From positions 1,410,001 through 1,442,000 of the forward strand of contig NC_003364.1 of the NCBI RefSeq assembly GCF_000007225.1: DNA of 32,000 nt, in the 5' to 3' direction. This document shows, in pieces, positions 1-8,605 of the stretch. A program made the position numbers and the translations under genes. Within the stretch, counting starts at the first letter, position 1. Each line of letters starts with the position of its first letter. Source of the stretch: Pyrobaculum aerophilum str. IM2. GTDB taxonomy: Archaea; Thermoproteota; Thermoprotei; Thermoproteales; Thermoproteaceae. The notes below the pieces were generated by a model. It searched no databases. It was not told where the DNA came from and worked only from the letters and a program-made list of their open reading frames with translations.

Positions 1-870
1 CATGAATTTTTGCCTCTCCTCCTCAGTGAGCTCTACTTCCAAGACTTTTACGACGCCGCTCCTCCCGAGTATTATTGGCACTTCCACCGGCACGTCTCGC
101 ACTCCGTATTCGCCTTGTAACACTACTGAGGCAATTAAGGCCCTCTTAGCGTCTCGTTTAACAGCCTCGGCCATTATTGCAAGCCCGGCGCCGGGCCCCC
201 AGTTGGAGGAAAAGCCTCTTAACTCCGTAATTCTGGCGCCCGCCTTGACGGTCTCCTCCACGACCTCTTTTAGCTGTTCCTCCGTTAACAGCTTGCTTAG
301 AGGTACGCCGTGGACGTAGCTTTTACTCGGCACTGGGAACATGCTCTCCCCGTGTTGGCCCAAGACAATTGGAAGTATAGACGCGGGGGATATGCCAAGT
401 TTCTTGGCGGCGTAGAAGGCCAATCTCCCGGCGTCTAAAACGCCGCTGAAGCCTATAACCCGCTCCCTTGGAAAGCCCGTGGCTTTCCACATGACATACG
501 TCATGGCGTCTAGGGGGTTTGTTGTTAAAATAACAATAGAGTCAGGCGCGTATTTCTTTATCTCTCTGCCTATTTCTGCGACAATTTTGGCGTTTGCTTC
601 CAAGAGCTGTTCTCGCGTCATACCCGGCTTTCTGGGCAAGCCGGCGGTGACTATAATTAAGTCGCTCCCCTCTATATCCTTATACTCATTTGAACCCACA
701 TACTCCACGTCTAGGCCTAATATTGAGCTCATGTGATTCATATCGAGGGCCTCGCCTTGTGGCAAGCCTTTTACAATATCTATTAGTAAAATTTTATTAT
801 CCAGTTTCATAAGCCCCATGATCACGGCCGCCGCTGTTCCGACTCTGCCGCTTCCAATTATCGTTATCAT
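1..870 (-). CDS. mdh: LDH-like malate dehydrogenase, C-terminal end cut by window edge
   Basis: Own minus-strand translation from the ATG (complement of 868-870). MITIIGSGRVGTAAAVIMG is a Rossmann GxGxxG N-terminus. TAGLPRKPGMTREQLL is the substrate Arg loop. TNPLD and GQHGESM (catalytic His) are also present. The frame is open to position 1, and the ORF is absent from the track because no stop lies in the window. Confidence 0.85.
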   Translation of the reverse strand, partial: MITIIGSGRVGTAAAVIMGLMKLDNKILLIDIVKGLPQGEALDMNHMSSILGLDVEYVGSNEYKDIEGSDLIIVTAGLPRKPGMTREQLLEANAKIVAEIGREIKKYAPDSIVILTTNPLDAMTYVMWKATGFPRERVIGFSGVLDAGRLAFYAAKKLGISPASILPIVLGQHGESMFPVPSKSYVHGVPLSKLLTEEQLKEVVEETVKAGARITELRGFSSNWGPGAGLAIMAEAVKRDAKRALIASVVLQGEYGVRDVPVEVPIILGRSGVVKVLEVELTEEERQKFM

Positions 871-937
871 GAGAATATAACTAAACTCAGGTAAAATATA
901 TTTTTTATTAAAAAGTCGAATATGTAGTTGCCAAAAG

Positions 938-2284
938 TTACAACTTGCCCCGGCTGAGAACTCTAGCGGCTACTATTAATGGGTGCCACACTGGCGCTGT
1001 GTCGGGCATATATCCAATATCTGAAAAGAAGAGATCAGACACGGTGTAGCCAGATTGTACCGCCACTGCTAGGATATCTGCATAAGAGGCGACGACTGGG
1101 CTCTTGCCGACTATCTGTCCGCCGAGAATGCGGCCAGTCGACTCCTCCGCAATAAGCTTGACGTGTACTGTCTCAGCGCCAGGCATGTAATGTGCCTTAG
1201 TCCTCGCCTTTATTAATGCGCTTTGTGTTTTAAACCCGAGCTGGGCGGCATCCTTTTCGCTCAGCCCTGTTCTAGCTATATAGAGGTTGTAGAACTTAGT
1301 GACGGCAGTCCCGACGACGCCGGGGAATTTCAATATACGGTTTCTCACCGCGTTCCCCCCAGCCACTTGTCCCTCTTTATTTGCCGTGGGAGCAAGCGGT
1401 ATCCAAACCCTCCTACCTGTGACTCTGTGGACTTTTTCCGCCACGTCGCCAGCTGCGTATACGTCGGGAACAGTCGTCTCCATATACTCATTTACATACA
1501 CGGCGCCTGTCTCTCCCAGTTTTGCCCCGGCCCTTACTGCTAAATCCACGTCGGGTCTAACCCCCACGGCTAAAATCACCTCGTCTACTTGATACTCGCC
1601 CTTCTCTGTCACCACTTTATTTACATGTTCCACGCCTCTGAACTCCACCACTTTTTCCCCCAGGTGTAGCTCTACTCCTCTCGTTTTCATCTCCTCTGCC
1701 ACTATTCCAGCAACATCGGGATCTAAAGCCGCTGGCAGAACTTGGTCGAACATCTCGAAAAGCAGAAACCTCTTGCCTAATTCTAACAACACCTCAGCCA
1801 TTTCAACCCCTATGTAGCCCCCGCCCACAATAGCCACAGTTTTTGCCTTGTCAATATGGCCCTTTAGGTGGGGGACCTCGTCGGGGTGTCTCATGGTGAG
1901 AATACCCTTCAGCTCTACGCCAGGTATCCTCGGCACTAAGGGCTTTGCCCCAGTGGCGATGACCAACTTGTCCCAGGGGATTTTCTCCTCAGAGCCCCCC
2001 TTTTTGACAACTACCACTTTTTTATCCGCGTCAACGTCGACAACTTCGGTATTAATCATTACTTTTATATTGCGCTCTTTTTCGAACTCTTCAGGAGTAT
2101 ACGTCATTAGCTCCTCATGGCTTTTAACTATCCCGCCGATTGCATACGGCATGCCGCACGGGGCGTGGGTTATCATAGAACCTCTTTCTATTAGTAGCAC
2201 CTCCGCGCTTGGATCAAGCCTCCTGGCCCTCGCCGCGGCTGAGGCGCCTGCTGCCCCGCCACCGACGACTACAACGCGGACCAT
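938..2284 (-). CDS. FAD-dependent pyridine nucleotide-disulfide oxidoreductase (NADH oxidase / CoA-disulfide reductase family)
   Basis: N-terminal VVVVGGGAAGASAA is a FAD GxGxxG motif. There is a single redox Cys in THAPCGMPY, as in the Nox/CoADR family. A second Rossmann motif is VAIVGGGYIGVEMAE, and AAGDVA is present near the C-terminal third. Length is 448 aa. Confidence 0.8.
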   Translation of the reverse strand: MVRVVVVGGGAAGASAAARARRLDPSAEVLLIERGSMITHAPCGMPYAIGGIVKSHEELMTYTPEEFEKERNIKVMINTEVVDVDADKKVVVVKKGGSEEKIPWDKLVIATGAKPLVPRIPGVELKGILTMRHPDEVPHLKGHIDKAKTVAIVGGGYIGVEMAEVLLELGKRFLLFEMFDQVLPAALDPDVAGIVAEEMKTRGVELHLGEKVVEFRGVEHVNKVVTEKGEYQVDEVILAVGVRPDVDLAVRAGAKLGETGAVYVNEYMETTVPDVYAAGDVAEKVHRVTGRRVWIPLAPTANKEGQVAGGNAVRNRILKFPGVVGTAVTKFYNLYIARTGLSEKDAAQLGFKTQSALIKARTKAHYMPGAETVHVKLIAEESTGRILGGQIVGKSPVVASYADILAVAVQSGYTVSDLFFSDIGYMPDTAPVWHPLIVAARVLSRGKL

Positions 2285-2588
2285 GGAGAGGAGTTTCCCC
2301 CTTTATTAATCTATTTACAACTAGCGTATTTAATACTGCCTCTACAAATGCCCTGAATTGCGGCGCGGTCATAAACCCAGGGGCTACCTCCACTGGCCGT
2401 CCGTCGACAAAGGCCACTGTCGCCGGAGTGCCCATTATGCCAAGGGAGGCGGCCAGTTGATAAAATTCTTCAATATCAGCCTTGACAAAGTTAGCAAAAT
2501 CGCGGTAACGCTCGCCCACTTGGCGGAATATGGGATCGAACATCTGGCAATAGGGACAAGTCTTTCCGAAAAACATCACGAACGCCAC
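2214..2588 (-). CDS. Thioredoxin/glutaredoxin-fold protein (CPYC active site), GTG start; preceded in frame by a TGA and a 47-codon ORF
   Basis: FFGKTCPYCQ is a CxxC motif at the expected position after a beta-strand. GTPATVAF resembles a cis-Pro loop. The 3' end overlaps the downstream oxidoreductase start by 71 nt. See the finding on the in-frame TGA. Confidence 0.6.
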   Translation of the reverse strand: MAFVMFFGKTCPYCQMFDPIFRQVGERYRDFANFVKADIEEFYQLAASLGIMGTPATVAFVDGRPVEVAPGFMTAPQFRAFVEAVLNTLVVNRLIKGETPLHGPRCSRRWRGSRRLSRGEGQEA

Positions 2589-2612
2589 TTTGCAGCCATA
2601 AATTGCGTTTTT

Positions 2613-2756
2613 TCATTGGGATCCGTCTCTCAGCACATACCCCGGCGTATAGCCCACTGTGCAACACCTCGGCCTCCCCTCTCTTGCGCTCAGCTCCACG
2701 GCTTTTTTCCACAACAGCCTATCTAACTCGTCCATGGATACGCTACGTGCTTCCAT
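2613..2756 (-). CDS. 47-codon ORF (MEARSVSMDELDRLLWKKAVELSAREGRPRCCTVGYTPGYVLRDGSQ*), in frame with the thioredoxin-fold ORF
   Basis: Own translation. The ATG at 2756 lies about 30 nt from the TTTATAAA box at 2782-2789. The ORF ends at a TGA (2615-2613), 8 codons before the GTG at 2588 in the same frame. Confidence 0.35.
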   Translation of the reverse strand: MEARSVSMDELDRLLWKKAVELSAREGRPRCCTVGYTPGYVLRDGSQ

Positions 2757-2781
2757 TTTAAAACCTAACGCGCCCTAGATA

Positions 2782-2789
2782 TTTATAAA
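2782..2789. promoter_or_regulatory. Palindromic TATA box (TTTATAAA) in the 51-nt divergent intergenic region
   Basis: It is the only A/T box between the minus-strand ATG at 2756 and the plus-strand GTG at 2808. Its centre is about 30 nt and about 23 nt from the two starts. Confidence 0.5.
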
Positions 2790-2807
2790 CGTGGTATTAT
2801 CTGCCCC

Positions 2808-3683
2808 GTGTCCTTCGACCCTGAGGCAGTCGGCGCTGTTGCTATTAGGGTGTTTAGATTCATAAGAATAGAACACACGATTTTCACGTTACCCATGGCG
2901 TACGCCGCCGCGTTGTTGACAGGCGGGGAGTTAGACCTCTGGAAAGCGATTTTCATAGGGCTTGCCGTATTTGGCTTGAGAACTGCGGGGATGTCGTGGA
3001 ATAATATTGCAGACTACCCACTTGATAAGCTCAACCCCAGGACGCAAGGGCGAATGCTTGTCGCAGGGAAAATGAGCTTTAAGGAGGCATATGGCGTGTT
3101 TTTCACAGGAATTACAATATTCCTAATTTCAGCTGCGATGTTAGGGCCGTGGCCCCTGGCGTTGTCAATACCATATCTAATAGTCGTTATCACATACCCC
3201 TACGCCAAGAGGCTACACTGCCTCCCCCACTTGCACTTAGGCGCCGTATACGCCCTCGTGCCGCTAGGCGCAGCAATAGCCATGCACCCCCTAGATATCA
3301 ACGCCGCACTTGCAAAAACGCCTTGGTTTTTAGTATTTGCAGCGGCGCTTTGGGTGGCTGGCTTTGACGTAATATATTCTAAAGGCGATTATGATTTTGA
3401 CAAGTCGCAAGGGCTCGGAAGCGTAGCCGCGTGTTTTGGGCTTAAAGCCGCAGATTATGTGGCACTCCTCCTCCTTTCCACATCAGCTGCGTTGTATGTG
3501 GCTAACTATTTAGAGTACAGATTGGGAGCCATTGGGCTCGTCATTACGCTAATTGGAGCCGGCTTAGAGATCTACTCGGCGATACTGGGGGCCAGAGGGG
3601 AGGTGGCCAAGGGCTTTAACCTCAACTTGGCAGTGGGCTTGTTGATACCCTTGGGGATATTCGCCGGCTTTTTACGCATATAA
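2808..3683 (+). CDS. UbiA-family aromatic prenyltransferase (integral membrane)
   Basis: NNIADYPLDKLNPRT matches NxxxDxxxD. A second Asp-rich motif is DVIYSKGDYDFD. The protein has multiple hydrophobic helices and is 291 aa long, with a GTG start. Confidence 0.75.
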   Translation: MSFDPEAVGAVAIRVFRFIRIEHTIFTLPMAYAAALLTGGELDLWKAIFIGLAVFGLRTAGMSWNNIADYPLDKLNPRTQGRMLVAGKMSFKEAYGVFFTGITIFLISAAMLGPWPLALSIPYLIVVITYPYAKRLHCLPHLHLGAVYALVPLGAAIAMHPLDINAALAKTPWFLVFAAALWVAGFDVIYSKGDYDFDKSQGLGSVAACFGLKAADYVALLLLSTSAALYVANYLEYRLGAIGLVITLIGAGLEIYSAILGARGEVAKGFNLNLAVGLLIPLGIFAGFLRI

Positions 3684-4773
3684 CCGCGAGGGGCAACATA
3701 AAAATGAGCGGGGCTATTGCGTTGTAAAAAGGATTTGGCACGTAGCCAGAAAAAGCCGCGCCAATGGCATAGCCCAAGTTATTCACAGCTTGATAAACGC
3801 CGTATCCCCTGCCCCAGTAGGCCCCAGATACATATCTAGAGAGAGACTGGTCTAGCGACGTGGACACTATTGCGTAGCCTAGGCTTTCAAGAACCCAGCT
3901 CATGGAAAAAAGTAGCGGATTTGGGGCGTTGTACATCGCCAACAATCCCGTAGCCATGGCGATAACTCCTAAAATAACACGCGTTGGCGCTGGCCTCGCC
4001 AGACGGGGGCCGTATAGCCATGAGAAGACGGCAGGTAAATAGGCCAAAACCGCCGAAAAGGGGGACAGGTTATATTTTGTGTAGATATAGGGCAATACTT
4101 GAGGCCCGTATAGCCCAGAGGCCAGTCCCAGCAAAAATGCCAAGATAGTAACGCACGTGGCTAAACCCAAATTGCCCTGCTTATATCTAGCGGCTAATTG
4201 CATAGTTTCGTGGGGGAGTAATGGGAGCGCCGTCAGAGTTATAAAAGCCAAGGCTAGGGCGGAGGCCCTAAAGGCAACTTCGTAACCCCACAGCTTGTCA
4301 AGAAAATAGGCAATAGGTATAAACGCGCCTCCGCCAACAGCGCCAATAGCGGCGGCGATTCTCATTTTAGAATAAAGGGCGGGGTTTTCCAAGCCCCCTA
4401 CGTCTGTGATATACGCCACTGTAGCCACGTTAATTAAACTTGAAGCCGCGCCTGCGAGGAAAAGGGAAATATAGATGTGGAAAACGCCGTAAGACGCTCC
4501 CAGCAATATCATCGCGCTCGCCAGTATAAGTCCGCCGAGGAGATTGGCGCTCCTCCTCCCCAGACGGTCTGTTAAGTACCCTGCAACTGGACGTACGGCG
4601 ACTACAGCCGTTGCGTATATAGAGAAGGCGAATCCCACCTCAACGCCCCCTCCTCCCAGCTTGAATATATAGAAAGGGAGGAGAAATACGACGAGCGAAT
4701 ACGGGGCGGAGAAAATCGCGTATGCCCTGAGATCAGCTCTTGATGTGCTCGTACCCAACGACGTAGATTCCAT
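3622..4773 (-). CDS. MFS transporter
   Basis: GYLTDRLGRR is the MFS loop 2-3 signature, and about 12 hydrophobic segments are present. The start is uncertain because the ORF overlaps the uL6 3' end by 41 nt. Confidence 0.75.
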   Translation of the reverse strand: MESTSLGTSTSRADLRAYAIFSAPYSLVVFLLPFYIFKLGGGGVEVGFAFSIYATAVVAVRPVAGYLTDRLGRRSANLLGGLILASAMILLGASYGVFHIYISLFLAGAASSLINVATVAYITDVGGLENPALYSKMRIAAAIGAVGGGAFIPIAYFLDKLWGYEVAFRASALALAFITLTALPLLPHETMQLAARYKQGNLGLATCVTILAFLLGLASGLYGPQVLPYIYTKYNLSPFSAVLAYLPAVFSWLYGPRLARPAPTRVILGVIAMATGLLAMYNAPNPLLFSMSWVLESLGYAIVSTSLDQSLSRYVSGAYWGRGYGVYQAVNNLGYAIGAAFSGYVPNPFYNAIAPLIFMLPLAVICVKSRRISPRVSTSPLPS

Positions 4774-5332
4774 CTACTACCCCCAGTCCGCCCTCGCGGC
4801 CGTGGGGCGATGGCCTTTCATCGCCATGGAGCTCTGTTGCGGCTTGAACTGCGGCCGCAAAAGTGCTGACGAGCTCTCTATCAATGCCCTCAATCACAAT
4901 ATCCTCCTTTCCCTTGACCTCTACCTTAACTCCCTTGGGGATGTTTAAAGTAATCTTGGATTTGCGGCCGAGGAAATTCTCAATGACGAGCTGGTTACCT
5001 TGCACTTTTACTAACATGGGGAAGTGCGTATAAATCACCTTAAGCTTATACCGCCATCCTCTCGTCACGCCGAGGAACATATTTTTCAAAATGCCCTTAT
5101 ACGTGCCCAATATTGCGTACTCCCTCTTCCTAGCCTTGAAGACCTCCATGACTATCTTCCCATCTTGCAGAGACATGACCACAGGCGTGTTCTTAAACTC
5201 CTTTGTCACTTCGCCCAGCGGTCCCTTAACTTTTACAATATAGTCAAAGGGCCCAGTCCTCTCGATACTAACACTAACTCCCTTTGGTATTTCCACCTCC
5301 TCAACGCTATATACTACACGCATATGCCCCAC
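4733..5332 (-). CDS. rpl6: 50S ribosomal protein uL6 (L6P)
   Basis: Two-repeat L6 pattern: IPKGVSVSIE...VKVKGPLGEV and ...LNIPKGVKVEVKGKEDIVIEGIDRELV. It has the archaeal-length C-terminus. A TATA-like CTTTTTAAAC sits about 27 nt upstream. Confidence 0.9.
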   Translation of the reverse strand: MGHMRVVYSVEEVEIPKGVSVSIERTGPFDYIVKVKGPLGEVTKEFKNTPVVMSLQDGKIVMEVFKARKREYAILGTYKGILKNMFLGVTRGWRYKLKVIYTHFPMLVKVQGNQLVIENFLGRKSKITLNIPKGVKVEVKGKEDIVIEGIDRELVSTFAAAVQAATELHGDERPSPHGREGGLGVVDGIYVVGYEHIKS

Positions 5333-5389
5333 TTAACGTCTTGTTTAAAAAGTTTGTCTCACGTCGGCGGCTGTTAGCTAAGCCCCTCA

Positions 5390-5965
5390 TTACCACCAGG
5401 CGGGGAACGAGGCGGGGTTAGATTTCGGCTCCACAATTACCACGCCTCTTGAGGTTTTTACTCCGTGTTTACACGTCCGCATTATTTCAAACAAGAGGCT
5501 ACTCAAGTGGTTAAGGACTAATATAGCCTCTCTCCCCTCCTCTATGGCCGCGAGCCTCCTCTCTGCCCATCTAACCCACGCCCGGGCGTTGTTTACGGCG
5601 GCGCAACACCTATCAAGACAATAGACCCACCCCAGCGGAGAGTCAGGCAACATCGGCAATACGCACCTCAGCGACTTGCGCAACATGTAAAGAGACTTGT
5701 TATAATAAAAATCATTCCCTGTGGAAAGATAGAGGCCTAGATAGAATAATGACCAATAAGCCCTGAATAGACACCTCTTCTGCCTTTTACAACTCATCGC
5801 AGCAAAATTAATATAGCCCAACGCCGCTTCCAGCGCGCCGAATAGTTTTACAATGCCAGAGGCCTTAGAGACGCATAAATGCCGCCCCCTCCAGAGTACT
5901 TCAGTATCTCCGAGATCTCCTGGACACGCGCCCGCCAAAACACATGGCTTGCTGAGTACAGGCAC
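5390..5965 (-). CDS. Hypothetical Cys-rich protein (10 Cys in 191 aa)
   Basis: Long ORF directly downstream of the 72-aa ORF on the same strand. I recognise no motif. Confidence 0.35.
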   Translation of the reverse strand: MPVLSKPCVLAGACPGDLGDTEVLWRGRHLCVSKASGIVKLFGALEAALGYINFAAMSCKRQKRCLFRAYWSLFYLGLYLSTGNDFYYNKSLYMLRKSLRCVLPMLPDSPLGWVYCLDRCCAAVNNARAWVRWAERRLAAIEEGREAILVLNHLSSLLFEIMRTCKHGVKTSRGVVIVEPKSNPASFPAWW

Positions 5966-5980
5966 TGAAAAACCTTGTCA

Positions 5981-6199
5981 CTACTTAATATCTATACTTG
6001 TGAAAACTGCAGAAGGGGATGTCTTAATCACCCTCCAGACCGTCTCCACAACTCCCTCAATTAATGGCAACGAGATAGTATTTCCCTCAACGTGTACTTC
6101 AACCTCTTTCCCCAGAGATCGTAGCTCCCCCACAATGCGCCGGTATATAACCTCTACTAAATAAGGCGTCGAGACAGATATTGAGACTACCCTGTCCAT
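5981..6199 (-). CDS. Hypothetical small protein
   Basis: ORF with a TTTATAT box about 25 nt upstream of its ATG on the minus strand. No family recognised. Confidence 0.4.
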   Translation of the reverse strand: MDRVVSISVSTPYLVEVIYRRIVGELRSLGKEVEVHVEGNTISLPLIEGVVETVWRVIKTSPSAVFTSIDIK

Positions 6200-6227
6200 A
6201 TATAGCTAATTGAGAGTGCATATAAAT

Positions 6228-6251
6228 TTTTCTCCACCCCAGTGGAGAAAA
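6228..6251. repeat. Perfect 10-bp inverted repeat TTTTCTCCAC-cCCA-GTGGAGAAAA between two divergent promoters
   Basis: Read directly from the sequence. The arms are 6228-6237 and 6242-6251, with a 4-nt spacer. Confidence 0.8.
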
Positions 6252-6281
6252 CCTTTTAAAACAGTGAGATAAAAAGAGGCG

Positions 6282-6357
6282 AGCCCGGTCGTCTAGCGGC
6301 CAAGGATGCGGGGCTTTGGACCCCGTGGCCCGGGTTCGAATCCCGGCCGGGCTACCA
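6282..6357 (+). tRNA. tRNA-Gln (anticodon TTG), CCA encoded
   Basis: Manual cloverleaf. Acceptor AGCCCGG/CCGGGCT, D arm GTCT...GGAT. Anticodon arm CGGGG-CTTTGGA-CCCCG, T arm CCGGG-TTCGAAT-CCCGG. Discriminator A is followed by CCA. A TTTTAAAA box is centred about 24 nt upstream. Confidence 0.9.
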
Positions 6358-6426
6358 ATTCATTTAGCCTTACTGCGTAACAGCACCTCTGAAATTCATG
6401 AGTTGTGAAAAAATACATTTAACTTA

Positions 6427-6894
6427 ATGTTAAAAAGATTTTTAAACACATTTAAGTGTAATCTTGTGAAAGCAGAAATTCTGGCGAGAAAACCCCCCAT
6501 AACAGCCACTCCAGATATGCGTATAAAAGATGTGGCTAAGATAATGGCTGAAAGAAAAATTGGACTAGTTGTAATTGTTGAAAAGAATCAGCCCGATGTC
6601 GCCATTGGCGTAGTATCAGAACGCGACTTGGTTAGGGCAGTGGCAAATAACGTTGGTCTCAACCTGCCGGTTAAGGAAATTATGTCGTCTCCGGTGATAA
6701 CAGTAGAGGGGGAGGAGCCTATTTGGAATGTGGCTAAAATCATGCGGGAGCATAATATAAGGCATGTTGTTGTGACTAATAAGGGAAAGCTATACGGAGT
6801 TATTTCAATAAGAGATTTAGTGGCTGAAGAATCAGTTTTAAAAAGTTTAATAGAATACGGCATACCAGAAGAACATAGACCTAGCGCAGATTAA
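6427..6894 (+). CDS. CBS-domain pair protein
   Basis: Two CBS repeats: ITATPDMRIKDVAKIMAERKIGLVVIV...GVVSERDLVRAV and VITVEGEEPIWNVAKIMREHNIRHVVVT...GVISIRDLV. The true start may be downstream of 6427. Confidence 0.8.
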   Translation: MLKRFLNTFKCNLVKAEILARKPPITATPDMRIKDVAKIMAERKIGLVVIVEKNQPDVAIGVVSERDLVRAVANNVGLNLPVKEIMSSPVITVEGEEPIWNVAKIMREHNIRHVVVTNKGKLYGVISIRDLVAEESVLKSLIEYGIPEEHRPSAD

Positions 6895-6922
6895 ATTTAA
6901 ATTTTTTAACTTTAATTTTTCC

Positions 6923-7336
6923 ATGGACAAAATAGTTGTAGGGTATGACGGCTCTCCGCAAGCGAAGAAGGCCTTGGAGAGAGCCAAGGCCATAGCCGAG
7001 AAGTTCGGCTCTAAGATCTATGTAGTCCACGTAATTGACACCGCCGTGTTGTCCCTATCAGATATGTTCTCCTCGCCAGCGGTAATAGCAAGTCTTAAGG
7101 AAAAGGCCGAACAGCTCATAAAAGAAGCCTTGGCGTTCTTAGGACAAGGCGCCGAGGGGAAAATCCTTGAGGGCGACCCGGCGCATGAGATCGTTAAGTT
7201 TGCGAGAGAGGTAAACGCGTCGCTGATCGTACTAGGCGCAAGAGGCCTTTCTACAATTAGGCGAATATTAATGGGCAGTGTCTCGTCGAGGGTGGTCCAG
7301 GAGTCGCCAATAGACGTGTTAATTGTAAAGGGCTAG
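6923..7336 (+). CDS. Universal stress protein (UspA family)
   Basis: KIVVGYDGSPQAKKAL...VVHVID...LIVLGARGLSTIRRILMGSVSSRVVQESPIDVLIVK is a typical Usp ATP-binding C-terminal motif, G-x2-G-x9-G-S. Confidence 0.85.
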   Translation: MDKIVVGYDGSPQAKKALERAKAIAEKFGSKIYVVHVIDTAVLSLSDMFSSPAVIASLKEKAEQLIKEALAFLGQGAEGKILEGDPAHEIVKFAREVNASLIVLGARGLSTIRRILMGSVSSRVVQESPIDVLIVKG

Positions 7337-8528
7337 CGGGCTTGTAAAACGCCTTTTATTAGGGGCGTTACGGAAATTAACAACACCGCCCCGGAGAAAA
7401 TAAAAGCCATAGAGGGAGAGTTTGTGTAAATATACGCAACCACCACTCCTCCTATAATAGAGCCTAAGTACTCCAGTGCGAGAGTTGTGCCCATAATCCG
7501 CCCGCGGTTTTCAGGAGTTATATAATCGCCCACTAAAGCTCTACGTATAGACATCGCAACTTCGACGCCTATACCGACTAAAATAGCCGCCGTGACGAGG
7601 GCAACTACGTTTGGCCACACGCCGACCATGAGGTAGCCTACTGCCATTAGCATAAGCCCTGAAAAAAGCGCGGTGACGCGAGGCGCTTTGTCAATAACAG
7701 GCATTAAGACGAGGCCGAAGAGTATTCCTACCGCCGTCGTGGCGCTTTGAATAACTCCCCAGGAGGTGTTGTCTATTCCAATGACTTTAGTGGCGTACAA
7801 AACGCCAAAGGTCTGCAACGCGATTCCCGCAAGAGAGGTGAGAAATCCCAGAAAAGTCACGTAGACTATAAAGGAAGGTAGCGAGGAAAAACCTTGCCAA
7901 AACATATACGACTTGATTATTTCGCGCACAAGCGTATTTCTCGCAAACGGCCTAACTGTTATAGTCTCTTGTAATGCCTTCATGCGGAGGAGGGCTACAG
8001 ATACTGATATAACCCCCGAGATAACAAACGAGAGGCGCATTCCCAACAAGCCGAGATGATCCAAGAGGTAGCCCCCACGGGCGGGAGGAAGAGCCAGGGG
8101 ACTTGGGGGAGCACTGCGGTTAACATCATGCCGCCTCCCCTTTTCTCAGGCGGGAGCGAGTCCAGAAGTATTGCCGTCAGCGCCGGCTGGTAGAAGTGCA
8201 ACGCCCAGTCAATTACGTAAACCACGGCGAATTGTCTCCAATCGACAACAACTGCGTAGAGGAACTGGACAAGCGCAATGCCCCAAGTGCCGATTACAAT
8301 CGCCCTCTTTCTGCCAATAACGTCTGTTAAAACCCCGCCGGGGAGAATAGTTAATAACACGGCGAGCGAGCCAATGGATCTAACAACGCCGATTTCTATA
8401 TCAGAGGCGCCTAGCATATGCAAATATTGCGAGAGGTAAGGCATCGTAAGCGAGCTGGAAATAGCGAATAAAAACCAGGATATGATCATCGTCCCGACGT
8501 TTCCCTTAAGCCAAAAGGAGAGGCCCAC
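7333..8528 (-). pseudogene. MFS transporter split by a 1-nt frameshift in a homopolymer (track ORFs 7995-8528 and 7333-8064)
   Basis: The N-terminal half carries GVLTDVIGRKR, and the C-terminal half is 6 further TM helices in another frame. Adding one G to the minus-strand G5 run (plus-strand C5 at 8072-8076) gives the continuous reading ...LFLPPVGGYLLDHLGLLGMRLSF... Confidence 0.7.
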
Positions 8529-8605
8529 GTCGTTGCCCTCTCATCGTCACTTTATAAATTTTCTGGGGCGTTAAGATTTTAAAGGGCTTGTAAACACCCG
8601 GGCCA

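Noticed and set aside
2613-2615. Reading the in-frame TGA as selenocysteine
   Set aside because: I see no SECIS-like hairpin nearby. Sec decoding is not known in Crenarchaeota. A thioredoxin-fold protein already has its CPYC centre downstream.
4733-5332. Ribosomal protein uL6 gene standing alone, outside a ribosomal-protein operon
   Set aside because: Ribosomal gene clusters are commonly fragmented in crenarchaeal genomes. The gene looks intact and has its own TATA-like box, so it is not unusual enough to report.
6329-6350. Identical 22-mer CCCGGGTTCGAATCCCGGCCGG shared with 14111-14132
   Set aside because: It is the T-arm plus the first acceptor bases of tRNA-Gln and tRNA-Ala. This is conserved tRNA structure, not a dispersed repeat or an att site.
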